From NCBI GenBank assembly GCA_013239625.1, contig MU054400.1, forward strand, positions 2,019,345 through 2,083,344: a stretch of DNA of 64,000 nt, written 5' to 3'. A program made the position numbers and the translations under genes. Positions within the stretch are counted from its first letter, which is position 1; each line of letters opens with the position of its first letter. The notes under the pieces are model-generated. The model had not been told where the DNA came from. It was given only the letters and a program-made list of their open reading frames with translations, and did no database searches. Shown in pieces: positions 26,865 to 40,786 of this stretch. The stretch comes from Lama guanicoe. Lineage: Eukaryota.

Positions 26865-28086
26865 CTAAGGAAGAAAGAAAACCAGCGGTTACGAGGGAAT
26901 TAAAGCCAGTGAATGTAAAATTTAAATGTTTTCTTTGCTACGTTTCTGGGGGAAATCTAAAACCTTACTCCTAGACAGTGGTAATCCACAATTTCTTTCC
27001 CAAAAAAAACACAAGCACCTCCTCTTTGACAGCAAACCTAGTGTGCAAATCATTACTTGACCTACTCCCAAGTCCATCATGAATGCCATTTTTCATAATG
27101 AAAGACAATCAGGAGCTCCTCTGGAAGCCACAACTGTTCCCCTTCTCCAACAGATGAAAGTATTATTTCTAAGAGACAACATCCAAATGCACAGTAAATA
27201 TAACATGGTAATATGGTGAAAGCCACATATTCCTCCTGACCAAGTGTTATCTGTTGCTGATGTAACAATTTTACCAGTCAGACACACTCAAAAATAGTTT
27301 CAAATTTGAAGTTAATGCATGCATCCTTAGTTCAGCTTCACTATTTCCAAATACACACCACCTGACTAACCAAAAAAGATAGGCTTACATCATTACATAG
27401 ATCAAGGACACTAACCTTGGATAATGGTTTCACAGGCCTATGGATCATCTGCATTGTATCTTGAAGCCCTCCCTAGAACTTCCAGTTTCAAAACACCAAG
27501 ACTGACTTCTCTTTTATCTTTTTAAATAATAAAATGCCATGGCAATCTCAAATACTTTTTAATAATAAACCTTCCTTATGACAACACTGACAATTTTAAT
27601 CTTGCTAATTCCGAGTCTGAGGAATGAGATCTACCCCACTCCCTTAGAAAACAGGTCTTCTATTAATTTGGAGGAAGTAAAACATAGGAAGAAACCAAAC
27701 CTGTAAAACGGGTTAGGGTAGCTCTTTCCTGTTACTCGAGATTAGTTAAACCATAAAGCATAACACGACACAATGAAGCACTTCAAAGTTAGTAAAGTGA
27801 AAGGAAATGGTTTATGGTATTAACGAAGCATTCAAAAATCCTACATCCTCAAAAGCAAAAATCAAATGGTCCTTTCCTCAGAATTTATGTTTAAGAAATA
27901 TAAGCAAAAGGTCAGCAGTGAAATGGGGCTCAGTTAAGATCAAGCTGAATTCTCTGCAAATTGACAGCATTACCAGACTCTATTCTATGTTTTGCTATCA
28001 GCCAGAGAAGAGCAAGGAAAATGTTTATTATCAAATTTTTTCAAGCACATCATTACCGAAGATAGCTAGCATCTTTTCTTACTCAC

Positions 28087-28170
28087 TTGTTGGAGGAAAG
28101 TTGGGAGCTGTTGTCTCATTTGTTCTTGAAGCTGAGGATTTCCAGCAAATAGGGGATTATTCAGCATCAT
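28087..28170 (-). CDS. UBQLN1: Ubiquilin-1 exon 8 ([28 protein letters not shown]), in-frame cassette exon
   Basis: Acceptor ccccatag|ATG, donor CAA|gtgagt; 84 nt, phase 0-0; not reported by the ORF track. Confidence 0.95.
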
Positions 28171-31061
28171 CTATGGGGCAAGTGTTCAAACAATTTTAAC
28201 TGGAAATATCTGAAACAAGTAATGTACCTTGTTTAATAGTCTATCTTCCCCCAAGTGCCTAACCTGGCACTTAAAAGGGAGGAAGGTAGAACATGAATAA
28301 AAAAGGGAAGATACTGTCCACAAGAGGGATCTCCAGAAAAAAAAAACAGAAACGAAGCATCTTCTCTCTCAATGAGAATGGTGATTTATGATAATGACAT
28401 GCAATACCCTAAAAAATAAAAGCAATCATTTTCTTAGGCTGTCCCTTGAGTGAAGGTGAATATTTGCCTTTGAAAGAAAAATGGGAGTAACTGGCATTCA
28501 CAAGGATACATTTTCTGCTACACTGACAGAATAAACTTAAGCATCAATACATGAAACTATACATGGCTTGCTTAGACACCACAACACACAAGTGGCAAGC
28601 ACAGAGAAAATCCAGATCTGGAACCACTATATCTACCTGTGTACTACGAAACAGCTAATATTAGGTCCAGAAAAATACCACCACAGAACAGCAACCAACT
28701 TGCCAGAGAACTGGAGCTGCTAGGTGAAAATCAGCCCTGGACTAGCACTGATAGATCTCTGGGGAAAGTATTAAAATGGTTTAAGTCCTAAAAGATGTAA
28801 ATCCATTTGAGAACACCAAGATTAGCCTCTGGATTTCACCTCACTACCAAAAGAGATGAGAAAAATGGCATGCCTCCTAACCTTCAAATGGGTGTTAGGA
28901 ATTTAAAAGTCAGGGTCAATGTTAACATGATGTTGCATAACTGAAAATAAGATTACAATACACAATCAGCATAACCAAAATCTAGTAAATTCTCAGAGCT
29001 TCAAAAAAACAAATTTTACATCAGTTTCTCCAGATGGAGTAAAAAAGTCAACTAACAATGATTTACTGATAGCCTATTTAACCAGTCCACATCCAGTTTT
29101 GGGGGGAAATAATCCTGCCCTCAAGTAGTTAGTCATATTTGAGAGTAATTATATGTAGATACTGGAAGTAGAAAGAATTCCTCCCTACCTTCTTTAGTTT
29201 ATCTATTGTTGCAAAGTAGATTGTTTAGTTAACTCCAATAAATAAATAAAGCAGGAAGAAGTCAGACAATGTTTAATGGATATACAGTATTTATTTCAAA
29301 GTGACCAGTAAGTTCACAGTAAATAAAGTAAAATCTACTTGAGACCAATGAACCTGCTTCTTTATTGGCTCCAGTCATTATTATGAACATATCAATGAAG
29401 TTATCACATCTTTGTTTCAGGATTCGTGTTACTTGAAAAAGCATGTCATCTTAAACTTACTCATTCTTTCTCAGAAAATTGTATCTCATTTCATCAGGAT
29501 ATTTCTCCTAACTTACCTGACTGTATATAACAAGTTTTTATACTCAGAGTTTTTTTAATACCTAAAAATCAAAATGAGAATTGAGACACTACAAACTTTA
29601 ATCTGCTGATAACCATGATAACCAAAGTACACTGTAAATGTTTCTGAATTGTCTATAATAAAAGACAACTCATATCTAGCCTTCTTTAGTCTACATTTTG
29701 CTTTGGAGTCAAAAACCAGAATACAAAAGTGCTCAAGTCACTTTATAAATGTCAAATTGTTAGTTTAAATGGCCAGGAATGTGCTTGTTAAATAACACCA
29801 AAATTTTAAGATGCGCATTTAATACTTAGTTAGCCAAATACACATTTAAAAACATACAAGTAGGATCACTCTGCACACGTATTTTCCACATTTATTTTAA
29901 ACAAAGGTGCTATCATCACAGTAAGCTGAAGCACTTAATACTAAGAACTCAGTCTAATAGTTTTATGAATAAAACAATCTTTCACTCAACAAAATGCAAA
30001 ATTTAAATATATATAAATTCACTTAAAAACTTTATTTCCAATCCCACAAATTTTAAGAGGATAAAGTTGTTGCTGAGGCTTATAACCCAAAAATATCTAC
30101 TATATACTTGAATCAATATGGTTCCAGGCTTCAGAAATATAAAAAATATTCCATTCAACATAATGAAGTACTTAAAGGTTTTTAAAATTTTGGAAATGGG
30201 AATAGACTGTAAAAAAACCATTTAAAATTCCAAACATTCCACAAAATCCATTTTTAATAAATAACAAATACAAATTATAGATAATCAAAGCTTATTTCCA
30301 CATTCTCCAAGGTTTTTCAAGCCCAGCAGTTTTTAACCTACGGTTACATCAGAATCACCGAAGGAACAGGAGGGGGAAAAAAAATCCACTACAGTTGCAT
30401 AAAAACTGCTCAGGATGGGGCCATTTTTTTTTTTCCAATTTTAAAGTCCCCAAAGTCATCCTAAATGTTCAGCTAGGGTTGACATCCACCAATCTTAGTT
30501 ACGGTCTCTTCAGAAACAAGTTAGAAAATAAACTATTTAATAAAGGACCATTAATACTAACTTCAGGGGGAAATCTGTAACTGAAAGCATGAGAATACTA
30601 TTCCCACCAATCTCCCTCTGCCTGTACTAAATAATTCCAGGTTATTTTATAACTGCCATTTTGTACATGACTATTACTCAGAATCTGTGTAATCTAATAA
30701 GTAAAAGGTTTTCAAATGTATTAACACTTCTTAATCAAGATGCATATTACACTAAAGAATGTATCTTTAAAAGGGAGAGCAATTCAAAACTTTCACACTC
30801 ATCTCCTAAATCAACACGTGCAGAATATACAAAGTAAAACTCCACTTCTTTTTAGGCAGTGAATACCAGAAATGGAGCTGTTTTTAATTATATTAAGAAG
30901 CATTCATTTACTGTGAGGAAATAAACTGTCCAAAAAATTGGAGATGTATTTTACCTACTTCTCTAGTGTGTTAAGGTAGCACGCACAAAACTACAACCAA
31001 AAAACAGAAATTATTTGATTAGGCTATTTCAATTCATGCTGCATAGTCCTTAATACAGTTA

Positions 31062-31247
<186 letters not shown>

Positions 31248-32136
31248 TTATCAAGGAAAAGATACAGAAACAAAAGTGAAAGTACAATTTTAAAATACCG
31301 CACTGTGCATAATTTTAGCAACTGCAAGTAAGTACACATATTACTTATCAATTAAACTAAGAAAGACTTTTAAAACTAAGATCTCCAAAACTACATGCCC
31401 AACACATACCAATAAAGGGGGGCTTATGGACTTCAAACATTCTAGATGCTTTTATGCTAAAGTTTACATCTATGGAAAGGGTAGGTTCTAAAGTCAATTT
31501 AAGGCAAAAATTAGGTATGGTCAAAATTACTCTTGCAAAATCTTATAAAGTGAAGGAAAATCTGGGCCAATTTTTCCTCCAGGATCACTTAATTAGCATT
31601 GTATTCAGCACTCCATACCTAGGAAAGAAGGAAGCCTTCTCGCTGAGGCCTCCAACCCATTTTCACTGAATCATAGCACTCAATGAACTGAACCCCAAAT
31701 TAAGGACGTTTCTTCATCCTTTCCCCACCTGTAAAATGGGGTATCTACTTGATGAGATGGTTGTGACAATTAATGTGCAGATTGCTTGTTAGTATTACTT
31801 TTTCTCTTTTTTTGCTTAGAGCTATAGCTAAATTTATGTCAATTCAATATTTTTTGAAAATTAATTTGTTCAACATATATCCGTATTTTCACTTGCTGTC
31901 TAGATACAATCAAACTCAAATATATTCTCAAGCTCATTAAGTGAAATTTTTCATCTCCTTTCTGTTCTTAATCCATTCAGCAAAGTTTTATCAATTCTTA
32001 AAATATTTGACGCCTTCTGCTTTTCTAGTTTATTTAATTCTGCTGTTTTTCTGTAATAATTTTTGTTTTTCCTATTTTCTCATGTTGTTTCAATTTAGGT
32101 TTTTTCCACATCTTAGAGTTCAAGGATATTCTAGGA

Positions 32137-35100
32137 CAAGAACTGACAAACACAGCCTACAGGGCAAATATGGCCCATGACCTGTTTTTGTACAGCCCAT
32201 GAGCTAAAATGGTTTTTACGATTTTTTTTTACATTTTTAAATGGTTAATGAAAAAAATTTATGAAATGTGAGAACTAACCATATGAAATTCAAACTTCAG
32301 TGTCCACAAATAACATTTTAATTAGAACACAGTCATGCTCCCTCATTTCTTGTCCATGGTTGCTCTTGCACTACAAAAGCAGTTGAGTAGTTTCAACAAA
32401 GGCTCCACGCTGCACTATCATACTACACATTGCTGTTCCGTGTTCCACAAATCACAGTGACTCAGCTGTACCTCATGCCACATGAGTCACTGTAGCATGC
32501 TGTTATTTCTTTTTTCATTACCAGGGCATACCAGTCACGTGAGAACAGAAGAAAAAGAGAATTGAACTATCAATGTGCTTTTAAGGCACAGTAGAGTATG
32601 GATTATTTTATCAAAAGAGATGGCAAAACACCATGTTTACCATGCAATGACACTAAAAGAATACAATATACTTCAACATTACTAGACAGAGCACTCATCA
32701 CAATACTCCCAACTCACAGAAAAGGAAGTCAGAAAAAAACAAAATATAGAGTATCTCATCATTGCCAAATTTCTTCACAAAAATAAAAAATAAAGCACTT
32801 CCGGGCAAGATGGAGTAGAAGGACGCTTGTAAGTCACCCTCTCCCACAAATACACCAAGACCCACATCTACAGACCCACTCAGCCAATCAGAGCACCTGC
32901 GGAACTCCAACAGATCATCGCCCTCTTCAAAAGATAAAGACGCCAAAAATCTGGTAGGAGAAAAGGAAAAAAGAAAGAACAAAAGGCAAAGCAGCGCGGG
33001 ACGGGTCCCGCGGGGAGGGAGCGGCAAAGGAGGACTGGCGCTTGCTCGCTGGGTCTCCCCTCTCCAATTGAGAGGCCAGCGGGACGGAGGGGGAGCCTCC
33101 AAGGCTCGGATCTGTACAGAGCAGCCCTTGTCTGACAGAACTAAGTTAAACGGGCACAGAGCGTCCCCCGACACCCAGCCTGAGACGCGGGCCGGCAGCG
33201 GCGGGCAGGGCAAGGCTGCACAAGCCGGGCGGAGGACGGGGGCGGCTGCACGGAGGCAGCTCCAGGGGACTGCAAGGGGCTGGGCGCCGGGGCTGTGGGT
33301 GTACAGGACAGAACAACCTGGGCCCTCCAGAAAACAGCAAGGTTGATGTGCTCTTGGGGGCAGGGTGCATACCCCCATCTCTGAAAATCCACGGAAACTT
33401 TTCAGGGGAAGAGGGGCGGGGCCCAGGCAGAGCCACCATATTCTCCGGTGCTTAGCACCCAGGCGGGGGCAGAGGCGAAACCTGAGTCCGCACCGAAGGG
33501 CTTAGCAGCCTCAAGGGCCAGACTGAGACGGGCCTACAGCCCTGGGCAGATAGGATCCTTCCATTCTGGTCCCCCAGAGAACTTGCTCCACAAAGACAAA
33601 CAAGCAGCTGGGTCTTGGCTCGGAGCAGGGACGAGGCTGCCCCTCGGTCTTCCCCGAGCCCACCCGCAGAGCACGACCAGGGCGGAGCGCCGAACGGGGC
33701 GGAGCGCGACCAGGGCGGAGCGCCGGCCAGGGCAGAGCACTGGCGCAGATCGCGCAGCCGAACAGAGCAGCGGAGCTACCGGCGGCGCAGGCAGGGAGAG
33801 AGTGGCCACCCGCCTGTCGGGCAGGAACACAACCCCTGACCGAGGTGCTAGGAAGGGGCACGACCCGCCCTTCTGCCTGGCCAGTCTGCAACATCTGACT
33901 GCGGCATCCGGAGGGGCAGTGACCCGCCCGCCCGCAGCAGAGGAGAGCTGCATCTGACCCCCTGTTACGAGGAGGCGCGATCTGCTTGCCTTGCCGACAG
34001 GTGCTGGGAGCAGCACAGAAGAGGGCGCCAACGGAGGGCCTATGAAAACAAGCTGAGCTTCCAAAACAGGATGAAGACAGAAGGACATCACATTAAAAGC
34101 ACACACACTCCAGGAGAACACCGACAACCCCCCTTTTTTTTTTGTTTTTGGTTTTTGTTTTGCTTTGTTTTGTTTTGTTTTTTTGTTTTCTGTTTTTGTT
34201 TTTGTTTTGTTTTAATCTGTTTTTACCTGTTCTATTTTCAATTACTCTTTTAATTTTTACTTCTTAATTCATTTCTATTTCTCTTGGGTTTTGATGTCCT
34301 GTTATTTCTTTTTTTAAGTTCTATTCCTAAATAGGCATTAGATAGATAAAATCCTTAAGATCCAAAATAGACAACTGATACTCCATAAACCACAGTGCCA
34401 GAGAGGTATGAGCAAGATGAAGAAAAGAAGNNNNNNNNNNNNNNNNNNNNNNNNNNNNNNNNNNNNNNNNNNNNNNNNNNNNNNNNNNNNNNNNNNNNNN
34501 NNNNNNNNNNNNNNNNNNNNNNNNNNNNNNNNNNNNNNNNNNNNNNNNNNNNNNNNNNNNNNNNNNNNNNNNNNNNNNNNNNNNNNNNNNNNNNNNNNNN
34601 NNNNNNNNNNNNNNNNNNNNNNNNNNNNNNNNNNNNNNNNNNNNNNNNNNNNNNNNNNNNNNNNNNNNNNNNNNNNNNNNNNNNNNNNNNNNNNNNNNNN
34701 NNNNNNNNNNNNNNNNNNNNNNNNNNNNNNNNNNNNNNNNNNNNNNNNNNNNNNNNNNNNNNNNNNNNNNNNNNNNNNNNATTGAAGCTATAGAGCCAAG
34801 CAAAATGGGAAAACTCAATGACAGAGATGAGGAATGATCTAACAGCTGTGCAAAGCCGACTAGTTAATGCAGAGGAACGAATTAGTGATCTAGAAGACAG
34901 GGCAGGGGAAAGCACCCATTCAGAAGAACTNNNNNNNNNNNNNNNNNNNNNNNNNNNNNNNNNNNNNNNNNNNNNNNNNNNNNNNNNNNNNNNNNNNNNN
35001 NNNNNNNNNNNNNNNNNNNNNNNNNNNNNNNNNNNNNNNNNNNNNNNNNNNNNNNNNNNNNNNNNNNNNNNNNNNNNNNNNNNNNNNNNNNNNNNNNNNN

Positions 35101-37655
35101 NNNNNNNNNNNNNNNNNNNNNNNNNNNNNNNNNNNNNNNNNNNNNNNNNNNNNNNNNNNNNNNNNNNNNNNNNNNNNNNNNNNNNNNNNNNNNNNNNNNN
35201 NNNNNNNNNNNNNNNNNNNNNNNNNNNNNNNNNNNNNNNNNNNNNNNNNNNNNNNNNNNNNNNNNNNNNNNNNNNNNNNNNNNNNNNNNNNNNNNNNNNN
35301 NNNNNNNNNNNNNNNNNNNNNNNNNNNNNNNNNNNNNNNNNNNNNNNNNNNNNNNNNNNNNNNNNNNNNNNNNNNNNNNNNNNNNNNNNNNNNNNNNNNN
35401 NNNNNNNNNNNNNNNNNNNNNNNNNNNNNNNNNNNNNNNNNNNNNNNNNNNNNNNNNNNNNNNNNNNNNNNNNNNNNNNNNNNNNNNNNNNNNNNNNNNN
35501 NNNNNNNNNNNNNNNNNNNNNNNNNNNNNNNNNNNNNNNNNNNNNNNNNNNNNNNNNNNNNNNNNNNNNNNNNNNNNNNNNNNNNNNNNNNNNNNNNNNN
35601 NNNNNNNNNNNNNTTGCAGCAACATGGATGCTCCTAGAGAATGTCATTCTAAGTGAAGTAAGCCAGAAAGAGAAAGAAAAATACCATATGAGATCGCTCA
35701 TATGTGGAATCTAAAAAACAAAAACAAACAAACAAAAACAAAGCATAAATACAGGACAGAAATAGACTCATGGACAGAGAATACAGACTTGTGGTTACTG
35801 GGGGGGGGGCGGGGTAGAGGGTGGGAAGGGATAGACTGGGATTTCAAAATTGTAGAACAGATAAACAAGATTACACTGTATAGCACAGGGAAATATACAC
35901 AAAATGTTATGATAAATCACAGAGAAAAAAATGTGACAATGAGTGTGTATATGTCCATGTATGAGTGAAAAATTGTACTGAACACTGGAATTTGACACAA
36001 CACTGTAAAATGATTATGAATCAATAAAAATGTAAAAAAATAAAAATAAAATAAAATAAAAATAAGGCTGCAAAGTTAAGTTCTCAAATGGCTTATGTGC
36101 TAGCCAAGCAAGGAAACCAGTATACTAGCGGTGATTAATTAAATCTTCATTGAAGCAGCCAAATAAATGTGTCCAGAGAAAACCAACTTGTTTAAAGACT
36201 ATTAGCCTTTCAAAGAGAATAGTTTCTCAAAAGTTAGGGACAATTGGGCTCAACATCAATAATCAATTAAAAACCAATGCAAATTATTTTTAGTAGACTC
36301 CTTGGTTCTTGATGAATTGTCAAATGTTACTGCTCAGTTCTTGTTTGAGAAGTGAATACCAAGTTTGAAGTAACAGAAAAATTAGCCTCTATAAGCAGTC
36401 TACATGGAGTAACTACAGGCCAAACTATTTTCAAAGTTGAGAAAACATTCATTTGGTACAACGTGAAGTAGAATATGATAAGATGTGCTACCTCTGATGA
36501 TAAAAACCCATGTGAAGGATTAAAAGGATTAGTTGGAGAAAGATACAATGCTTGTAAAAATATGAGGTATTTAAAGACAGTAGTTATTCACTGTCTTATT
36601 CATCAACAAGTACTCTCCAAAATATTTTGAACTGTCATGTTATTCAATGAGTAGGAGCATCAGGTGAACTTCATTCACCTTTGTGAACTTAACCATAGTC
36701 AATTCCATGAACTTTTCTCAGATATATCTTGACTTGCCCAAACAGTTTTTTCTGCTCACAGTAGTTTGATGGCTTAACAGAGGTAAAGTTTTGTTGCCAT
36801 TTTTTTTAAGTTCAGGGCTAAGACTGAAATTCTTCTGAAACAATCACCATTATCAAACACTGAATGACTTTGAAGATTATCTTTTGCTAGAGACTTGGTA
36901 ATGTCTCTCAATGAATTCAACCCCAAAATACAAGGTGAAACATCATTTACATGCCAAACTCAGACTGTGGTAATTCATTACTACAACTGAAACTATCTGA
37001 ATCACAAGCAATGTCAAACTGCTTTATACATTCTTGTGCTGTCAAGTTAAAACAAGCAGCAAGATCTCCACTCCCATAAATTTGCAGTAGATATACTTTT
37101 GAGCTCACACTGTAATTCCAGAAGCATTTTTGGGGCCTCAGTGCAAGCACAAAGAAATTCCCACATTTTAAAATTCACTTAATTGTATAATTGAGGCACT
37201 ACCACCTAACCTTCAATTAGAAGTGAATAACTGCAATGATATCCTAAAAGCAAAGAATCTAACAGAATCCTATAAATCCTTTCTAAATGATGCATATGCC
37301 ATTTAAGATCATACGTTCTTGAAATGAATACATATCTGAATGAAATGAAATTTAAAATCTCATTATATATCAGTATTTATAGAAGAGCATTTGCAAATTA
37401 TCTGCCACTAACAAAATGGAACACTGTGAACATCAATTAAGCAAAATGTTATCCCTTAAGAATGCCATTCCTATCATTAGCAGATATGTATAAGAAAACA
37501 TTATATCCAATTATAATTACATTTTAATTCCATCAAAAACAAAAACAAACTTGTGCTATTTTGCTTTCTCTCGTAACATAATATTCTTGATTTTGCCTCT
37601 TGGTCTGCAAAGTCTTAAAGTATTATTATCCCTTTGCAGGAAAAATATGCTTACA
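32137..37655 (+). mobile_element. Cheshire-like (MER58-related) hAT transposon relic, split by a younger L1 at ~32795-36060
   Basis: MER58-like termini; decayed transposase with a BED-finger-like N-terminus (MDYF..DGK..CL.CND, 32598-32650) that continues after the L1 (…VLAKQG…MCPEK.NLFK). Confidence 0.75.
32795..36060 (+). mobile_element. Young LINE-1 with 5' UTR; body hidden in N gaps (34431-34780, 34931-35613)
   Basis: Starts gcacttccgggCAAGATGG (YY1-type motif); ~1.2 kb CpG-rich 5' UTR; probable ORF1 start MSKMKKR at 34408; ORF1 coiled coil (…VQSRLVNAEERISDLEDR); 3' UTR and A-tail. Confidence 0.9.
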
Positions 37656-39223
37656 GAGCAAAAGAAAAGTCAAGAATCTCACCTTTCAGGTATATAGTGT
37701 GTTTATGAATATGTATGTGAATCTAACTTCAAAGAGTTAAGTAAAAATCATAATACTACAAAAATACGTTGACAATTTGTTAAGCCAGGGTACATTAATT
37801 TTTGCTGTTTCTTATTTTCCTTTGATGCAAATATTAACATGAAACCTTAAACAAAGCATCAAGCCATTCAATAAAATAATTTTGAGTAAAAAGTTGCAAA
37901 ACCAATTATTCGTTTGTACAACGAAGTTGTTTCTATAGACACCATGCTAAAGTGAAAACAACAATTTGCCCATCAGTTGGGAAATGACTGAAACCTTGCT
38001 GTCTCTGCTCTTAGACCCTTAAAATGTGAATAAAGCATCTCTCTCAAAAGTTTGCCAATAAGAATCAAATAAGCAGTAAGTAAAATACAGAGCAGGTTAA
38101 TTTTCTTCCTTGATTTAAATATGGTATTACTTTGGATGTTTAACTAGACTGATCGCAGTAATCATTCTGAAATATATATAAATATTGAATCATTACATTT
38201 TATACCTGAAGCTAATCTGTTATATGTCAACTATACTTCAGTTTTTAAAAATGGCATTAAATTTTTATAAAACCTGTATTTTATCCAAAAACCTCATGAC
38301 ACCCACTTTATTATAGGAAAGAATATATACTACTGTAACCATTCTGATTTTTTCCTCTCAGTAATGAACTCTTTAAAAAATTCCTCATCCAGTATCCACT
38401 TCCTCTGCTAACACGTAAGGATCTTTTAAAACATACCTAGTCACTCTCACCTTAGGAAAGTGCCCCAAGCTTTCATCTCTTCTCACTTACGTGCCACATA
38501 CTGGGACTAAAATCTTCATTCTGGCTGCTGACTCTGGGCCTAATTCTTAGCATGTAAATATCTGAATAGTTGAAAAAAGGGCAGATGAATAGACTCATTT
38601 ATTGAGTCTAGTCTACAGAAAAATGACCAAAAGCAAATTCCTAATCTGGTCACACATCAGAATCTCCAGCAACTTTACACAAACACAAACCTTAAACCCC
38701 ACTGTGGAGAATTCTGATTCACAAGGTCCGTGGTTAAGACCTAGAAATCTGATTTTTACCAAATCTGGCAGGTGCTCTGATGCAGCTGGTTTAGCCCAGG
38801 TATCAGGAGTGGATACCCACTGATTTCTATAAAAGAATACGAAACTGGACTCAAGGCAAGAAAAATGTGTTCCAGTGATAAGTACACAGGTAACTGTGTT
38901 ACCCCTACAGTTCCATTTTCCTATATTGTTGAAAGGAAAAGGCCACTTCTCCCAAACCATCTTGAGAAGACAAAAACACAAAAACGCCTCTGGAAATCTT
39001 CAGTAACCTTTTGCATTATAATACACTTGAAGTGATTATATTAATCCTTACATATTTACAGCTTTTTTAAAAAACAAACAAACAAAAATCTTGCAACATA
39101 AGAAGATAGTTCATAAAAGCTGTCCCTCATACAAAAGCACAGAGTAACAGTATAAGAGATGTTTTCACTATTGAAGTAAGTGAGGACAACAAAAGGAAAA
39201 ACCATCAGTTGTTATGAGCATAC

Positions 39224-39458
39224 CTCCTACTCCAGGCCCCAAATTTGGCGCAGTAGAACTCTGCCCAGCAGTGCCACTGGCAGCACTGCCACTAGTGCCC
39301 CCTACAGCGCTGGTGGTGCCGCTGGAAGCTGATGAACTCTGGGAAGCCTGTGGAGCCCATGGATTGGGTAATGGATCTCTATTTTCTGTACGGGAAGGCT
39401 GGCTACCTTCACCTGAGGATGTATTGCTCACTAAGGAAGCAAATGGATTACCACCAAA
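39224..39458 (-). CDS. UBQLN1: Ubiquilin-1 exon 6 ([34 protein letters not shown]...PGVG)
   Basis: Acceptor ttattacag|TTT, donor G|gtatgc; [10 protein letters not shown] motif; 235 nt. Confidence 0.96.
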
Positions 39459-39589
39459 CTGTAATAAAAGACACAGAAAAAAAAAAATGAAGAATAAGCT
39501 TTTGTCTTAAATATCAGATACGAAACTCTTTTTAAATGAAACTGCATTCCCCACACAAAGGTACCCTTCAATCACACACATCTGCGTTA

Positions 39590-39790
<201 letters not shown>

Positions 39791-40245
39791 CTAAGAAAAA
39801 GATTTCCAACGGGGAAAAAAGGGCACAAAAATACACATAAATTATTTTAGCTATTAACTGCTACAGATAATTTTGTAAGTTTTCTAATTCTATGAAATTA
39901 GCAGTCTTCATATTTTAAATCAGAAAATTATTTTAAGTAATTCTTGCTGGATTTCACCTCAGAAAGCAAGCTAATATTCAAATATCAAGAGGAAAAAAGG
40001 CAGTTTGTTATGAGTGAATGCCCATCTCTTGAACTGGACTCTTTGATTCTTAAATCTGCAAAATAACTATTTGTTAAGATCTTTAAAACACAGCAGAAGT
40101 TCAAAGTTCAAATAGTTCAAATCAGTGCTTTGTTTAGTTTTCCTAAACAAGGATTAGGAATTTTTTTTTAGCTTAATCATACATATATGGTGAGCTCTTT
40201 AAACACAGAAAATTAAATAGAAAGAAGTATATAATTTCTTAGCTA

Positions 40246-40566
<321 letters not shown>

Positions 40567-40786
40567 TTAAAGTCAGAAATTTTATCGTTAACATGACTGT
40601 GCTAAAATATGAAGATGCAAGAAGTATTAACTGAAGCAACAGCCCATTACAGAAAACCATTTATTCTAAAGCAAAAATAGAATTCCTATTACTTTTGTAA
40701 ATACATGTTTAATTTTATGAACTAGTTAAAAACGTATTCACTTTGGTATTTAAGAAATAAAATCAAATAAGTATATGTTTCTTATG

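Noticed and set aside
27990..28066. Possible C/D-box snoRNA on the minus strand in intron 8 (ATGATGt ... CTGA, gctatc/gatagc ends)
   Set aside because: The C box is imperfect, the terminal stem overlaps the D box and is mis-spaced, and it is too close to the donor; likely chance.
32698..34127. Overlapping 127-226 aa ORFs on both strands, a possible L1 ORF0 analogue
   Set aside because: They lie in the GC-rich L1 5' UTR where stops are rare; no recognisable domain, and all frames are similarly open.
34327..35714. ORFs up to 448 aa
   Set aside because: Artefacts of translating through Ns.
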